Shown here piece by piece: positions 17,324 to 27,109 of a DNA stretch of 32,000 bases (position 1 is its first letter; every line of letters starts with the position of its first letter). Origin of the DNA: Fastidiosibacter lacustris (lineage in GTDB: Bacteria > Pseudomonadota > Gammaproteobacteria > Francisellales > Francisellaceae); contig NZ_QLIR01000002.1 of the NCBI RefSeq assembly GCF_003428155.1, positions 180,001 to 212,000 on the forward strand, in the 5' to 3' direction. Below the pieces are notes generated by a model. That model was given only the letters and a program-made list of their open reading frames with translations, was not told the origin of the DNA and ran no database searches. The position numbers and the translations under genes were made by a program.

Positions 17324-18823
17324 ATGAACATTAATAAAGCGATTGCTATACCGTTAGATCGATTTGATGGTTTCGTTTATTTTCTAAATCAAGATGGCGT
17401 TATTCTTGACTGCAATGAGGAATTTTTACAATACATAAATAAAGAAAAACCGGATGTCATAGGGAGACGTTTTGAAGATTTTGACAAAGAAAGTGGTAAA
17501 TTAATCGATAAAGTCAATGATATTATGCTTGGTCTACATAGCGATCAAGATAATTTCATTAAGAACTCCGTGCCTTATTTTAAAACTATGGAGTTTCTTA
17601 AATTACAAGAATTAAAAGGTGAGAAGCAACGTCAATATATATTTGACTCTCAAAAACGGTTAATAACAAATCAAAATGGACAAATTTTAGGTTTGCTTAA
17701 TATTTCTTGGGATGTAAGTAGTGATAGAGTACAAACAAAGGGAAGTTTACCTGAAGAAATTGCCCATGAACTTAAACAGTTATTAGAGGTATTGTTTGGT
17801 AAAATTTTCTGTTTCTTTCATTCGATTAGGTTAGACGAAGGTGAAAAAAAAGAGCAGCAGAAACAGATGCTTGAAAAAATCACAGCAAATATAACAAAAG
17901 AATTTGATTCTATCTTTTCTAAATTGACGGGATTAACAGAAAATCGATTTATTCTGGCACCTAAAGTGAATGATAGGCATTATGCTTACAAAATGTTAAT
18001 AGTATCGGATAGAGGTGGGTTTTCAAATTTTTTCAAAGCTATGTTACGGTGTGATTGCTTTGACATTTATGTTTGTAATATGTATGAGTTTGAGGGAGAT
18101 ATTGCTTTACAGTCTAAATTATATGATGGAGTTTTCCAGTTTGCAGTTTTTGATAATTTTGGCTCAAAAATGACAAATTGGTCATGGAAAATTCACTATA
18201 CTACGATACCAATCATATTAGTTAAGAACGATGACTTTCTTCAAAATGACCTTGGCATATCTGAAGAGCGTATTAAACTTCATTTTATAGTAGATAAAGA
18301 GGATTCTGATGCAGCGAAAGATTATGTAAAGGAAATGTTTTCACTATGGTATGAGTTTAGGTTGAACTTTATACGAGCGCGGATAAAAAATACGGGTACC
18401 TTCAAAGTATTGCTGGTTGAGGATCATAAAGATTCTAAAGACACACTAAGTCAGTTAATTATATATCTATGCTCAAAACGACAAGTGACTAACTTAGAGG
18501 CCATTTCTGCAAGTAACGGTAGCGAAGCATTAAAGTATTTAATTAATATTGAGTTTGATCTTATTATACTTGATCTGGGGTTACCTGACATGACAGGTTA
18601 TGATATAGTCTTACGTTTAAGGGCGATACAAGAAAAATTTAGGCGAATTTTTACTCCAATAATCGTAAATACTGGGCATGATTTCGAAACGTTTTATGCA
18701 ACTGAATATGTACAGCAATATGGCTTCGATCGAATGTACCTTAAACCTCATATAGTTAATGATATCGAAGTAATTTTAGATGATTACGTGCCAGAAAAGA
18801 AGGAGCTTGTAGGAGAAGCATAA
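17324..18823 (+). CDS. Orphan signalling protein: PAS-like domain, HisKA-like H-box region without HATPase domain, degenerate receiver-like region, canonical C-terminal receiver (REC)
   Basis: PAS-like FVYFLNQDGVILDCNEEFLQYINKEKPDVIGRRFEDF...GQILGLLNISWDV. H-box-like EEIAHELKQLL (His codon 17765-17767). The REC has KVLLVEDH, FDLIILDLGLPDMTG, PIIVNTGH and YLKP. I recognise no N/G1/F/G2 ATP-binding boxes. Confidence 0.8.
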   Translation: MNINKAIAIPLDRFDGFVYFLNQDGVILDCNEEFLQYINKEKPDVIGRRFEDFDKESGKLIDKVNDIMLGLHSDQDNFIKNSVPYFKTMEFLKLQELKGEKQRQYIFDSQKRLITNQNGQILGLLNISWDVSSDRVQTKGSLPEEIAHELKQLLEVLFGKIFCFFHSIRLDEGEKKEQQKQMLEKITANITKEFDSIFSKLTGLTENRFILAPKVNDRHYAYKMLIVSDRGGFSNFFKAMLRCDCFDIYVCNMYEFEGDIALQSKLYDGVFQFAVFDNFGSKMTNWSWKIHYTTIPIILVKNDDFLQNDLGISEERIKLHFIVDKEDSDAAKDYVKEMFSLWYEFRLNFIRARIKNTGTFKVLLVEDHKDSKDTLSQLIIYLCSKRQVTNLEAISASNGSEALKYLINIEFDLIILDLGLPDMTGYDIVLRLRAIQEKFRRIFTPIIVNTGHDFETFYATEYVQQYGFDRMYLKPHIVNDIEVILDDYVPEKKELVGEA

Positions 18824-19147
18824 AGAGGAAGGGGGAGTGTTTGTGACCAGTTTATTGTCGGTTTATGAGGTTCTTATTCAATAGGAGATGTTATATACAT
18901 ATAGACGTTTTTTATGCAGAAAGGATGTAGTCATATTAGTTGAAGGCTTATAGTTTATATAGTTTACATTGTTAGCTTTCCATATTCTTGTCTTAAGTAT
19001 CCCTATTCACCGTTGTATGAGTAAGTTTTGTAGAAGGTCATTTATTTATGAAATGTTTTCTAGCAGTTTGTCTGCTCTCTTTTACCGATAAGGATATGCA
19101 GTTATACTATGTCAGTATAAATACTAGGATCAAGGTGGGAGCGTTAA

Positions 19148-20410
19148 ATGCTAAAAAACAAAAAAAGTATTATTTTATTAATGGATTCATTTGGAATTGG
19201 TGCAGCAAAAGATGCCAAAACTTTTGGTGATGAAGGTGCCGATACATTAGGACATATTGTGGAGTATCGTGCAAAAAATAATCTGCGACTCAACTTACCT
19301 CATTTAGCTAAACGTGGCTTGCAAAAGGCTGCTGAATTAAGTCGTGGACGTAAGCTTGCTATCGATTTAAGCACAAAAGAAGTAATAATATCCGCCAAAT
19401 ACGGCTATTGTGTAGAAACTAGTAAAGGTAAAGATACACCTAGTGGCCATTGGGAAATTGCAGGTGTCCCTGTTCATTTTGATTGGCATTATTTTACGCC
19501 ATCACAACAAGACCCTCAAGCATCTGTGTTTCCAGAAGCATTTATGCGTCAGTGGATAAAGCGTACAAACCTCAATAAGGGAGTGATTGATGCAGGTCAC
19601 GCATCAGGAACAGAAGTGTTAAAAGTGTATGGGATTGAACATTGCTTAAGTGGCAAGCCTATTGTCTATACTTCTGCTGATAGCGTGTTTCAAGTAGCTG
19701 CCCATGAAGAATATTTTGGTTTAGATCGATTATTAGAGATCTGTCAAATTGCACGTAAGCTTCTAGATGAGATGGGTTTAATCGTAGGAAGAGTCATTGC
19801 TCGACCATTTGTTGGTGAGTCAGCAAATGACTACGCGCGTACAGGAAATAGAAAAGATTATTCGATATTGCCGCCTAACCCCACTTTATTGGATAGACTT
19901 ACCAAGGAAGGTGGTGAAGTGATCTCTATTGGCAAGATTGCTGATATTTATGCTAATCAAGGAATCACGCAAAAAATAAAGGCAACAGGATTAAATGAGT
20001 TATTTGATAAGACGTTAGAGGCATATAAAAATGCTAAACCTAATACACTTATTTTCACCAATTTTGTTGATTTTGATTCAAGCTTTGGGCATCGACGTGA
20101 CGTTGAAGGTTATGCTAAAGCTTTAGAATATTTTGATACGCGTTTGCCTGAACTAGACCAGTTATTAGATGATGATACAATTGTTATCATTACTGCTGAT
20201 CATGGTTGTGATCCAAGTTGGCAAGGAACAGATCACACGCGTGAGCATATTCCGTTTTTATTGTGGGGTAAAAAGATCAAACCAGCTTATATGGGTGAGC
20301 GTATGACTTTTGCAGACATTGGTCAAAGCATCGCTGATTTTATGGGTGTGAGTGCTTTAAATTATGGATTATCGGTTTTTAAAACGGAGCCTGTAAGTGT
20401 TGAAGTATAG
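19148..20410 (+). CDS. deoB: Phosphopentomutase
   Basis: [14 protein letters not shown]...[16 protein letters not shown]...[15 protein letters not shown]...GRVIARPF...[16 protein letters not shown]...TADHGCDP...TDHTREHIP is colinear with E. coli DeoB. Confidence 0.95.
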   Translation: MLKNKKSIILLMDSFGIGAAKDAKTFGDEGADTLGHIVEYRAKNNLRLNLPHLAKRGLQKAAELSRGRKLAIDLSTKEVIISAKYGYCVETSKGKDTPSGHWEIAGVPVHFDWHYFTPSQQDPQASVFPEAFMRQWIKRTNLNKGVIDAGHASGTEVLKVYGIEHCLSGKPIVYTSADSVFQVAAHEEYFGLDRLLEICQIARKLLDEMGLIVGRVIARPFVGESANDYARTGNRKDYSILPPNPTLLDRLTKEGGEVISIGKIADIYANQGITQKIKATGLNELFDKTLEAYKNAKPNTLIFTNFVDFDSSFGHRRDVEGYAKALEYFDTRLPELDQLLDDDTIVIITADHGCDPSWQGTDHTREHIPFLLWGKKIKPAYMGERMTFADIGQSIADFMGVSALNYGLSVFKTEPVSVEV

Positions 20411-21140
20411 TGATGACATTGTAAAAAAAGTAGTTTCACTAATTGATTTAACTTCTTTAAATAAAGAGGATAATGATCAGACTATTGATACTTTGATTAA
20501 AAAAGCACGTAATAAGCTTGGACAAGTTGCTGCGATTTGTATTTATCCTGAGTTTATTCAATATGCTAAATCAAAATTAGGAGCAGGAATTAGGATTGCA
20601 ACTGTCATCAATTTTCCAATGGCAAATGCTTCTTTGGAAGTAGTTAAAAAAGAAGTGGAACATGCGTTGAAACTGGGCGCAGATGAGCTTGATCTTGTAA
20701 TTCCATATCATGATTATATTAATTTGGGTGAGTCGCCAATATCCATAGAAATGGTTAAAGCTTGTAAAAGACTATGTCAAAATAAAGTGCTTAAAGTTAT
20801 TATTGAATCGGGTGAATTAACTATTTCTCAAGTTGGCAAAGTCAGCCGTGACATGATTGAAGCAGGTGCTGATTTCCTGAAAACCTCAACGGGCAAAACA
20901 GCAACAGGTGCTACTTTAGATGCAGCTAAAGAAATGCTTATTGCAATTGCAAATAGTTCACGTGTTGTGGGTTTTAAAGCATCGGGAGGGATTCGCAGCC
21001 TAGAGGATGCGCTTGAATATATTGATCTGGCAAGAGTAATATGCGGTGAATCTTATATTAATGCTCAGTTTTTTCGATTTGGTGTAAGTGGATTGTTAGA
21101 TAGTATTCTTCAATCTAATCCAATTATGAACAACTATTAG
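20397..21140 (+). CDS. deoC: Deoxyribose-phosphate aldolase (long, E. coli-type)
   Basis: [43 protein letters not shown] (Schiff-base Lys), [15 protein letters not shown] start overlapping the deoB stop. Confidence 0.9.
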   Translation: MLKYSDDIVKKVVSLIDLTSLNKEDNDQTIDTLIKKARNKLGQVAAICIYPEFIQYAKSKLGAGIRIATVINFPMANASLEVVKKEVEHALKLGADELDLVIPYHDYINLGESPISIEMVKACKRLCQNKVLKVIIESGELTISQVGKVSRDMIEAGADFLKTSTGKTATGATLDAAKEMLIAIANSSRVVGFKASGGIRSLEDALEYIDLARVICGESYINAQFFRFGVSGLLDSILQSNPIMNNY

Positions 21141-21151
21141 GAAGAATGGGA

Positions 21152-21775
21152 ATGCAAAAAGGTAAATTGATTGCAATTGAAGGACTGGAGGGTGCAGGAA
21201 AGAGCACCGCAATTGAATTTATTAAGTCTTATCTATCAAGCAAACCAATTCAAGTTATTTATACTCGTGAACCAGGTGGGACATTTTTAGCAGAGAAAAT
21301 TCGAACGCTTTTGATTACATCTTTTAAAGAAGAGAGCCTGTGTGCGGAATCTGAACTTTTGCTTATGTATGCAACGCGAATGCAACATATCGAAAAACTG
21401 ATTAAACCTGCGCTTGATAGTGGTAAATGGGTTGTGAGTGATCGTTTTAATTGGTCAAGTTTAGCGTATCAAGGTGGTGGACGGAAACTTGGCTTTGATA
21501 AAGTTAAACAAATTAATGATTTATTATTAGGAAATTTTATGGCAGATTTGACAATATATATGGATATTGATCCTAAGCTTGGTTTGGCGCGTGCAAAATC
21601 CCGTCATGTTTTGGATCGAATTGAGCAAGAAAATATTGATTTTTTTAATTGTGCAAGAGAGGTATTTTTAAAACTTGTGACTATTTATTCTGATAATAGT
21701 GTATTGATTGATGGTGCAAAGCCAATCAAAGAAGTAGAAAGCAAATTAGTAAGTTTATTTAAAAAAATGTTATAA
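21152..21775 (+). CDS. tmk: Thymidylate kinase
   Basis: P-loop IAIEGLEGAGKST, TREPGGT, DRF. ATG 21152 has AGGAAG 7 nt upstream, whereas the ORF-track ATG 21146 is only 1 nt from that Shine-Dalgarno. Confidence 0.9.
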   Translation: MQKGKLIAIEGLEGAGKSTAIEFIKSYLSSKPIQVIYTREPGGTFLAEKIRTLLITSFKEESLCAESELLLMYATRMQHIEKLIKPALDSGKWVVSDRFNWSSLAYQGGGRKLGFDKVKQINDLLLGNFMADLTIYMDIDPKLGLARAKSRHVLDRIEQENIDFFNCAREVFLKLVTIYSDNSVLIDGAKPIKEVESKLVSLFKKML

Positions 21776-21853
21776 ATAAAATATTCATTAGAGTTATAAA
21801 AATAGGTTTCCAGCTCAACTAAGTCAATAGTTTGTTAGAAATTTATTCATGCA

Positions 21854-23005
21854 CTACCCTAAAGGTTTCTGACAATATTTCCTTAACATTAAATAGCCCG
21901 CAATACCGGATAAAAGGGATCCGCCTAAAACGCCAATTTTAACCATATTCATAAGTTCAGGTGTTGTAAAGGCAAGCGTGCCGATAAATAAGCTCATAGT
22001 AAAACCGATACCACATACTAATCCAATACCATACAGTTGAGCAGTATAGAGGTTGCGACCAATCGTGAAATACTTCGTTTTGCTAAATAAATATAAGCTT
22101 ACGAAAATACCAATTTGTTTACCAAAAAATAGACCCAAGATAATCCCAAGCGAAATAGGATGAGCAAGGTCACCAATTGAAATACCACTAAAACTAATAC
22201 CTGCATTTGCAAAAGCAAAAAGTGGTAAGATCATGAAAATGATCCAAGGGTTTAATCCATGCTCAAGTTTAAGTAAAGGAGAGTTTTTTTCAGTGTGCGG
22301 AATGCACATCGCAAGTGCTACACCAGCTAAAGTAGCATGTACACCAGACTCTAAAACGCAAAACCACATAATTACGCCAACGATCATAAAAGGTGCAAGT
22401 ATTTTGATTCCACAGCGATTAAAGCATATTAATACAAAAAGGCAGATCAGAGCCCCTAGCAATGACAGTAAAGATAAACTGTTTGTATAAAATATGGCAA
22501 TAATAACAATTGCAGCAATATCATCAAAAATGGCAATCGTTGTCACCAATATCTTAAGTGAAGTTGGAATGCGAGAGCCTAGTAGTGCTAAAATGCCTAG
22601 CGTAAATGCGATGTCAGTTGCGGTAGGAATTGCCCAACCGTCTATGTATTGAGGGTTATTATAGTTGAGTAAAAAATAGATTAAAGCAGGAACTAATAAG
22701 CCAAACAAAGCAACAAGAGCAGGAATAATAACGTTGGATTTACTTGCTAGTGTGCCGCCGACAAATTCACGTTTAATTTCTAAACCAACGATCAAAAAAT
22801 ATAGAGTCATAAAACCATCGTTAATCCAGTGGATAAGGTTTTTCTGTAGTACAAAATTACCAATTGAAATTCCTGCATAAACTGTTTCCAGCATGTGGTA
22901 ATAGGGGCTTAACCAGGAATTATTAACAATAATTGCAAACACCGCTGCTGTAAATAGAATAATGCCACCAATGACTTCTATATTGAGTTTTTTACTTTGA
23001 CTCAT
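21854..23005 (-). CDS. nhaA: Na+/H+ antiporter NhaA
   Basis: 383 aa polytopic protein with WINDGFMTLYFLIVGLEIKRE and IPTATDIAF...AIFDDIAAIVIIA (the conserved DD pair). Confidence 0.93.
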   Translation of the reverse strand: MSQSKKLNIEVIGGIILFTAAVFAIIVNNSWLSPYYHMLETVYAGISIGNFVLQKNLIHWINDGFMTLYFLIVGLEIKREFVGGTLASKSNVIIPALVALFGLLVPALIYFLLNYNNPQYIDGWAIPTATDIAFTLGILALLGSRIPTSLKILVTTIAIFDDIAAIVIIAIFYTNSLSLLSLLGALICLFVLICFNRCGIKILAPFMIVGVIMWFCVLESGVHATLAGVALAMCIPHTEKNSPLLKLEHGLNPWIIFMILPLFAFANAGISFSGISIGDLAHPISLGIILGLFFGKQIGIFVSLYLFSKTKYFTIGRNLYTAQLYGIGLVCGIGFTMSLFIGTLAFTTPELMNMVKIGVLGGSLLSGIAGYLMLRKYCQKPLG

Positions 23006-23090
23006 GTAGTGTTTCCCTTTTTTTAGATAAACTTTGAACGCGGTATAATATAATACTTAAATGGATTTTACAGCTTTTGAGGCAGCAGAA

Positions 23091-24290
23091 TTATGTTTTA
23101 TTCTTTACATTGCTTAGCTGGTAATATTGGGGGGTGAAATAAATACCATATTTAACGTACATCCACATTTTGCTTACAAAAGCTTGTAATGCTGGAGGAT
23201 GCATATTTAAGGTGTACATTTTCTGAATCATTTCTTGAGTTGGGTTGACATTAGTGTCTTTGAATAGTTCATTCAGATATTGATGATTATTAATAACACC
23301 ATTTGGTTGATAAATATAATTGCTGTTCATAGCTGCAATGTAAGGTTCCATATTGAAATTTAAAAATGCGTAAGCTGCATCCAAGTTTTTAACGCCCTTA
23401 GGAATCATCAGCATATCAAACCAAATATTGGTGCCTTCTTTTGGTAGTACATAGTGTAAAACCTCAGATGGGTTAATTTCCTTAGCACGCTCGACAGAGC
23501 GCACAACATCACCTGAATAACCCATAACAATACATAAATTACCAGCAGTAAAATCGTTTTGATATTTATTACTGTCAAAATATTTAACATATGGACGAAC
23601 ATTATGAATAAGATATAACGCTGCTTTTTCATATTCTGCTTTGTCGATTGTATTGGGGTCAATGCCTGCATAATAAAAATAATTACCAAACACTTGTTCG
23701 GGTTCATCAAGCAACGCAACTCCGCATTTTGAAAGTTTTTTTAAATATGTTGAATCGTATAAATATTTCCAGCCATTTGGGATAACGTCATCTCCTAAAA
23801 CTTTGGCAATTTGATTAACGTTATAGGCAATGCCAGTTGTGCCATAGGTATAAACAATAGCATAGTTATTTCCTGGATCATTAATTTCAGAAATTTTGTC
23901 ATAAATCGCTTTGTTACGGTATTCCCAATTTGGAAGCTTGTTTTTGTCGAGTTTTATGAGAGCGTTTGATTTGATTTCACTTGGCAGATAAAGTGCACCT
24001 TGTTCGATGACATCAAAGCCAGATGCCCCAGTCATTACTTTGGCACGTGTCATATTATCATCTGTAGTATAACTTAAACGCACACGTGTATTAGATAGTT
24101 TACTAAAACAAGGAATCAAATTAGGCAACATATAGTCAGCCCAATTAGTAAAGTTTAATGATTGTTGTTTTTTAAATGCCTTGATGGGAGTTGTTAATAA
24201 TTTTTCACTGCATTCAAACTCATTGGTATAAGCTTGGCTTAAACTAATAAAGCTTAACGTTATAATAAAATAAAACTTTTTTGTAAACAT
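23091..24290 (-). CDS. Putrescine/spermidine-type periplasmic substrate-binding protein (PotF/PotD family), orphan
   Basis: Colinear with E. coli PotF (NWADYMLP, MTGASGFDV, YGTTGIAYNV, KCGVALLDEPEQVF, YSGDV, LPKEGTNIWFDMLMIPKG). The start is placed at the Met preceding the signal peptide MFTKKFYFIITLSFISLSQA. The ORF-track start at 24338 adds 16 atypical residues. Confidence 0.85.
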   Translation of the reverse strand: MFTKKFYFIITLSFISLSQAYTNEFECSEKLLTTPIKAFKKQQSLNFTNWADYMLPNLIPCFSKLSNTRVRLSYTTDDNMTRAKVMTGASGFDVIEQGALYLPSEIKSNALIKLDKNKLPNWEYRNKAIYDKISEINDPGNNYAIVYTYGTTGIAYNVNQIAKVLGDDVIPNGWKYLYDSTYLKKLSKCGVALLDEPEQVFGNYFYYAGIDPNTIDKAEYEKAALYLIHNVRPYVKYFDSNKYQNDFTAGNLCIVMGYSGDVVRSVERAKEINPSEVLHYVLPKEGTNIWFDMLMIPKGVKNLDAAYAFLNFNMEPYIAAMNSNYIYQPNGVINNHQYLNELFKDTNVNPTQEMIQKMYTLNMHPPALQAFVSKMWMYVKYGIYFTPQYYQLSNVKNKT

Positions 24291-24533
24291 AGCTACGGGC
24301 CTATATAACAAAAAAACACTAGTCATTATTGTACACATAACAAAAATAATGGGGAGACGTTTTTAATGGATTTTATACATCTAAGTGCAGATATTAAGCT
24401 GTGTTTAATTTTTCAGTTAAGTTGACAATTTTTTAGTGATTCATGTGTTAAACTTAAACGGTTATTATCTGCTGATATTAAGCCTTTAGGTCAATTTGAT
24501 GATTTTTTGATTAACACTTCAAATAAACAACCC

Positions 24534-24947
24534 TTACCAACGAACAATACGACTATCGTTATGATAGTCAATATAAATGGTTTTTGTGGGGCGAGGTAAA
24601 AAATCACCACCTTTTTGTGGCCATTCGATCAAGGATATTGTGTCGTTATTGAAGTAGTCACGAATTCCAATCCACTCTAGCTCTTCAGGATCACTTAAAC
24701 GATAAAGGTCAAAATGTTGCAGAATAATATTATTGATGGGGTAAGTCTCAACGAGTGTATAAGTTGGGCTTTTGACAGAACCTTTAAAACCTAAGCATTG
24801 CAATATGCCTTTACTTAATGTTGTTTTACCAGCACCAAGGTCTCCACATAAGTAAACAATGTCCCCCGCTTTGAGGCTTTGAGCAATTCGTATGCCAAGA
24901 TCAAGCATTTCTTGCTCGTTATGTGTAGAAACCTTATTTTTTGTCAT
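24534..24947 (-). CDS. tsaE: tRNA t6A37 biosynthesis ATPase TsaE
   Basis: GDLGAGKTTLSKG, SPTYTLVE, HFDLYRL, EWPQKG. The start at ATG 24947 aligns with the E. coli TsaE N-terminus (an alternative ATG is at 24968). Overlaps the 3' end of folC. Confidence 0.88.
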   Translation of the reverse strand: MTKNKVSTHNEQEMLDLGIRIAQSLKAGDIVYLCGDLGAGKTTLSKGILQCLGFKGSVKSPTYTLVETYPINNIILQHFDLYRLSDPEELEWIGIRDYFNNDTISLIEWPQKGGDFLPRPTKTIYIDYHNDSRIVRW

Positions 24948-26133
24948 AATACTCAATAAATGCTCCAACTAAAACAAATGAGCCAAATACCACGATTAAA
25001 TCGTCTAATTGTGCATTATGCTGAACGTATTTAAAAGCCTCAATATGATTATCAAAAAATAATGTGTTTTCAGAAAAATAATTAGTTTGCTGCTCATCTT
25101 TGAGTTGTTTAAAACGCACATCAAGCCCACTTAAATCAGGAATAAGCCACAAATCTATCATTCGCTGGGCATCTTCAAGAATTTGGCTGATGTCTTTGTT
25201 TTGATGTACGGTAAAAATAGCAATTGTGCGCTTGAATTTATTCTTAAGTTTTGCGATTTTCAGCATTAAATTTTGTACTGCTTGAGGATTATGAGCTATA
25301 TCAGTAATAATGAGTGGATTTTTGCTTACTATACAAAATCGACCTGGTACCGCCAATTGATGTAGGTTGTTTGGCAGACATAAGGTTGGTGATATTTCCT
25401 TTATTGCAGTTAAGGCACAAGCAAGACTTGTGGGGTGAATGCCGCTACTTTCCATGAGGTGTTGACTGACTGGATTGGCAGCTATGATAGTTGCTTTGAT
25501 TTCATTTAAATAATCCTGCGCTTTATATGGTAATGGTTCCCCCACAATAACAGGCTTATCGGATCGTGCAATATGTACTTTATTTAAAGCAATTTCCTCT
25601 AAACTATGACCCAATAGCTCACAATGATCAAGAGCCACTGTTGTAATTATAGCAATATCCGCATCAAAAAGGTTGGCTGGATCAAGCTTCCCACCAACAC
25701 CAACTTCTAAAATTGCCCACTGTGGTCTTTGTTGTTCGATATGCAACCAAGCACATAAAAAAGCAATAAAGTGATAATGTAATTGAAGCTTTAGTTCAAC
25801 ACTTGCTTGATAGATTTTTTGTAAGTAAAAACAAAGTGCTTCATCATCGATAGACTTCTGATTATGACTAATGCGCTCATTAAAAACATGTAAATGTGGT
25901 GAAATGTGACAAATATGATCGATTTGATTATGTTTAAAAACTTCTGAAATAAGTGCCACCGTAGAGCCTTTGCCATTTGTTCCTGTCACAGTAATAATTT
26001 TGGGTTTATAGTGGATGTTTAGATGTGTCAGAAACGTTGAAAGGTTTTTAAATTCTGCACGCTTGAAATTAAGTTGAAGAATTTGATTAATATAGTTATC
26101 AATTTCTTGGGAAGAGGGTTTAGTTGTGACCAT
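24934..26133 (-). CDS. folC: Bifunctional folylpolyglutamate synthase / dihydrofolate synthase
   Basis: Mur-ligase P-loop VTGTNGKGST, 399 aa, directly downstream of accD as in E. coli. Confidence 0.9.
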   Translation of the reverse strand: MVTTKPSSQEIDNYINQILQLNFKRAEFKNLSTFLTHLNIHYKPKIITVTGTNGKGSTVALISEVFKHNQIDHICHISPHLHVFNERISHNQKSIDDEALCFYLQKIYQASVELKLQLHYHFIAFLCAWLHIEQQRPQWAILEVGVGGKLDPANLFDADIAIITTVALDHCELLGHSLEEIALNKVHIARSDKPVIVGEPLPYKAQDYLNEIKATIIAANPVSQHLMESSGIHPTSLACALTAIKEISPTLCLPNNLHQLAVPGRFCIVSKNPLIITDIAHNPQAVQNLMLKIAKLKNKFKRTIAIFTVHQNKDISQILEDAQRMIDLWLIPDLSGLDVRFKQLKDEQQTNYFSENTLFFDNHIEAFKYVQHNAQLDDLIVVFGSFVLVGAFIEYYDKK

Positions 26134-26167
26134 AGTGTGTTTACATAAGCGCTATGATTATAATTTT

Positions 26168-27013
26168 CTATACAGGCATAAGCTTGTCAAGTATATGGCT
26201 TATCTCATTAGCTAATTGCTGACGATGAACAATCCGATCAATCATGCCTTTTTCAAGCAAAAATTCACTGCGTTGAAAGCCTTCTGGTAGTTTTTCACGT
26301 ACAGTTTGTTCAATGACTCTAGGGCCTGCAAAACCAATAAGCGCGTTGGGTTCGGCGATATGAATATCACCAAGCATTGCTAATGAAGCAGATACCCCAC
26401 CTGTTGTTGGATCGGTCAATACAACAATATACGGCAGTTTATGCTCAGCAAGCTTAGCAAGGGAGGCACTTGTTTTGGCCATTTGCATTAATGAAAACAA
26501 AGATTCTTGCATTCTAGCGCCACCACTTGCGGTAAAGCAAATCAGAGGGAGTCTTTTTTCAATTGCAAGTTCTACTGCGCGTACAAACTTTTCCCCAACA
26601 ACAGAACCCATAGAACCACCAAGAAAGCTAAAATCAAAGATAGCTGTAACAACAAGTCTGCCATTAATCGAACCATCAAAAACAAGTAAAGCATCATTTT
26701 CTCTGGTTTTCTTTTGAGCACTGCTTAGACGATCTTTATATGATTTGGTGTCTTTGAATTTTAAAACATCTTTTGGTTTCACATCGCTAAAGTATTCAAC
26801 CTGAGAGTCTTTATCAAAAAAACAGTTTGCACGCTGGCGTGCAGTTAACCGCATATGGTGATCACAACTGCCGCACACCATCATGTTTTCAGTTAGATCA
26901 GGAAGGTATAATACAGAATGGCATGAAGAACATTTATGCCATACGCCTTCGGGTAGTTCTTTTTTTTCAGAATCCGAGCGCAATTGTGGAATAATTTTGG
27001 TTAGCCAACTCAT
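26168..27013 (-). CDS. accD: Acetyl-CoA carboxylase carboxyltransferase beta subunit
   Basis: N-terminal C4 zinc ribbon (CSSCHS...CGSCDHH) and a carboxyltransferase core with [11 protein letters not shown] and ASGGARMQE. Confidence 0.95.
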   Translation of the reverse strand: MSWLTKIIPQLRSDSEKKELPEGVWHKCSSCHSVLYLPDLTENMMVCGSCDHHMRLTARQRANCFFDKDSQVEYFSDVKPKDVLKFKDTKSYKDRLSSAQKKTRENDALLVFDGSINGRLVVTAIFDFSFLGGSMGSVVGEKFVRAVELAIEKRLPLICFTASGGARMQESLFSLMQMAKTSASLAKLAEHKLPYIVVLTDPTTGGVSASLAMLGDIHIAEPNALIGFAGPRVIEQTVREKLPEGFQRSEFLLEKGMIDRIVHRQQLANEISHILDKLMPV

Positions 27014-27109
27014 TGTCAGAAGCGATCACTTTTGTGATTAAACATAACTAGTCATTATATCGTGCGATAGGTGTGATGCAATTATTTATCAACCTCGTAA
27101 TCAAAAAGG

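Noticed and set aside
19048-19230. ORF 19048-19230 (+) upstream of and overlapping deoB
   Set aside because: It overlaps the deoB start in another frame, has no homology signal, and deoB has its own GGTGGGAG Shine-Dalgarno upstream of ATG 19148.
22233-23719. ORFs 22233-22490 (+) and 23408-23719 (-)
   Set aside because: The first is antisense within nhaA. The second is an alternative frame inside the PotF-like gene. Neither shows protein-like features.
25791-26717. ORFs 25791-25976 (-), 26475-26717 (+) and 26507-26689 (+)
   Set aside because: They are embedded in folC and accD in other frames or on the other strand, so shadow ORFs.
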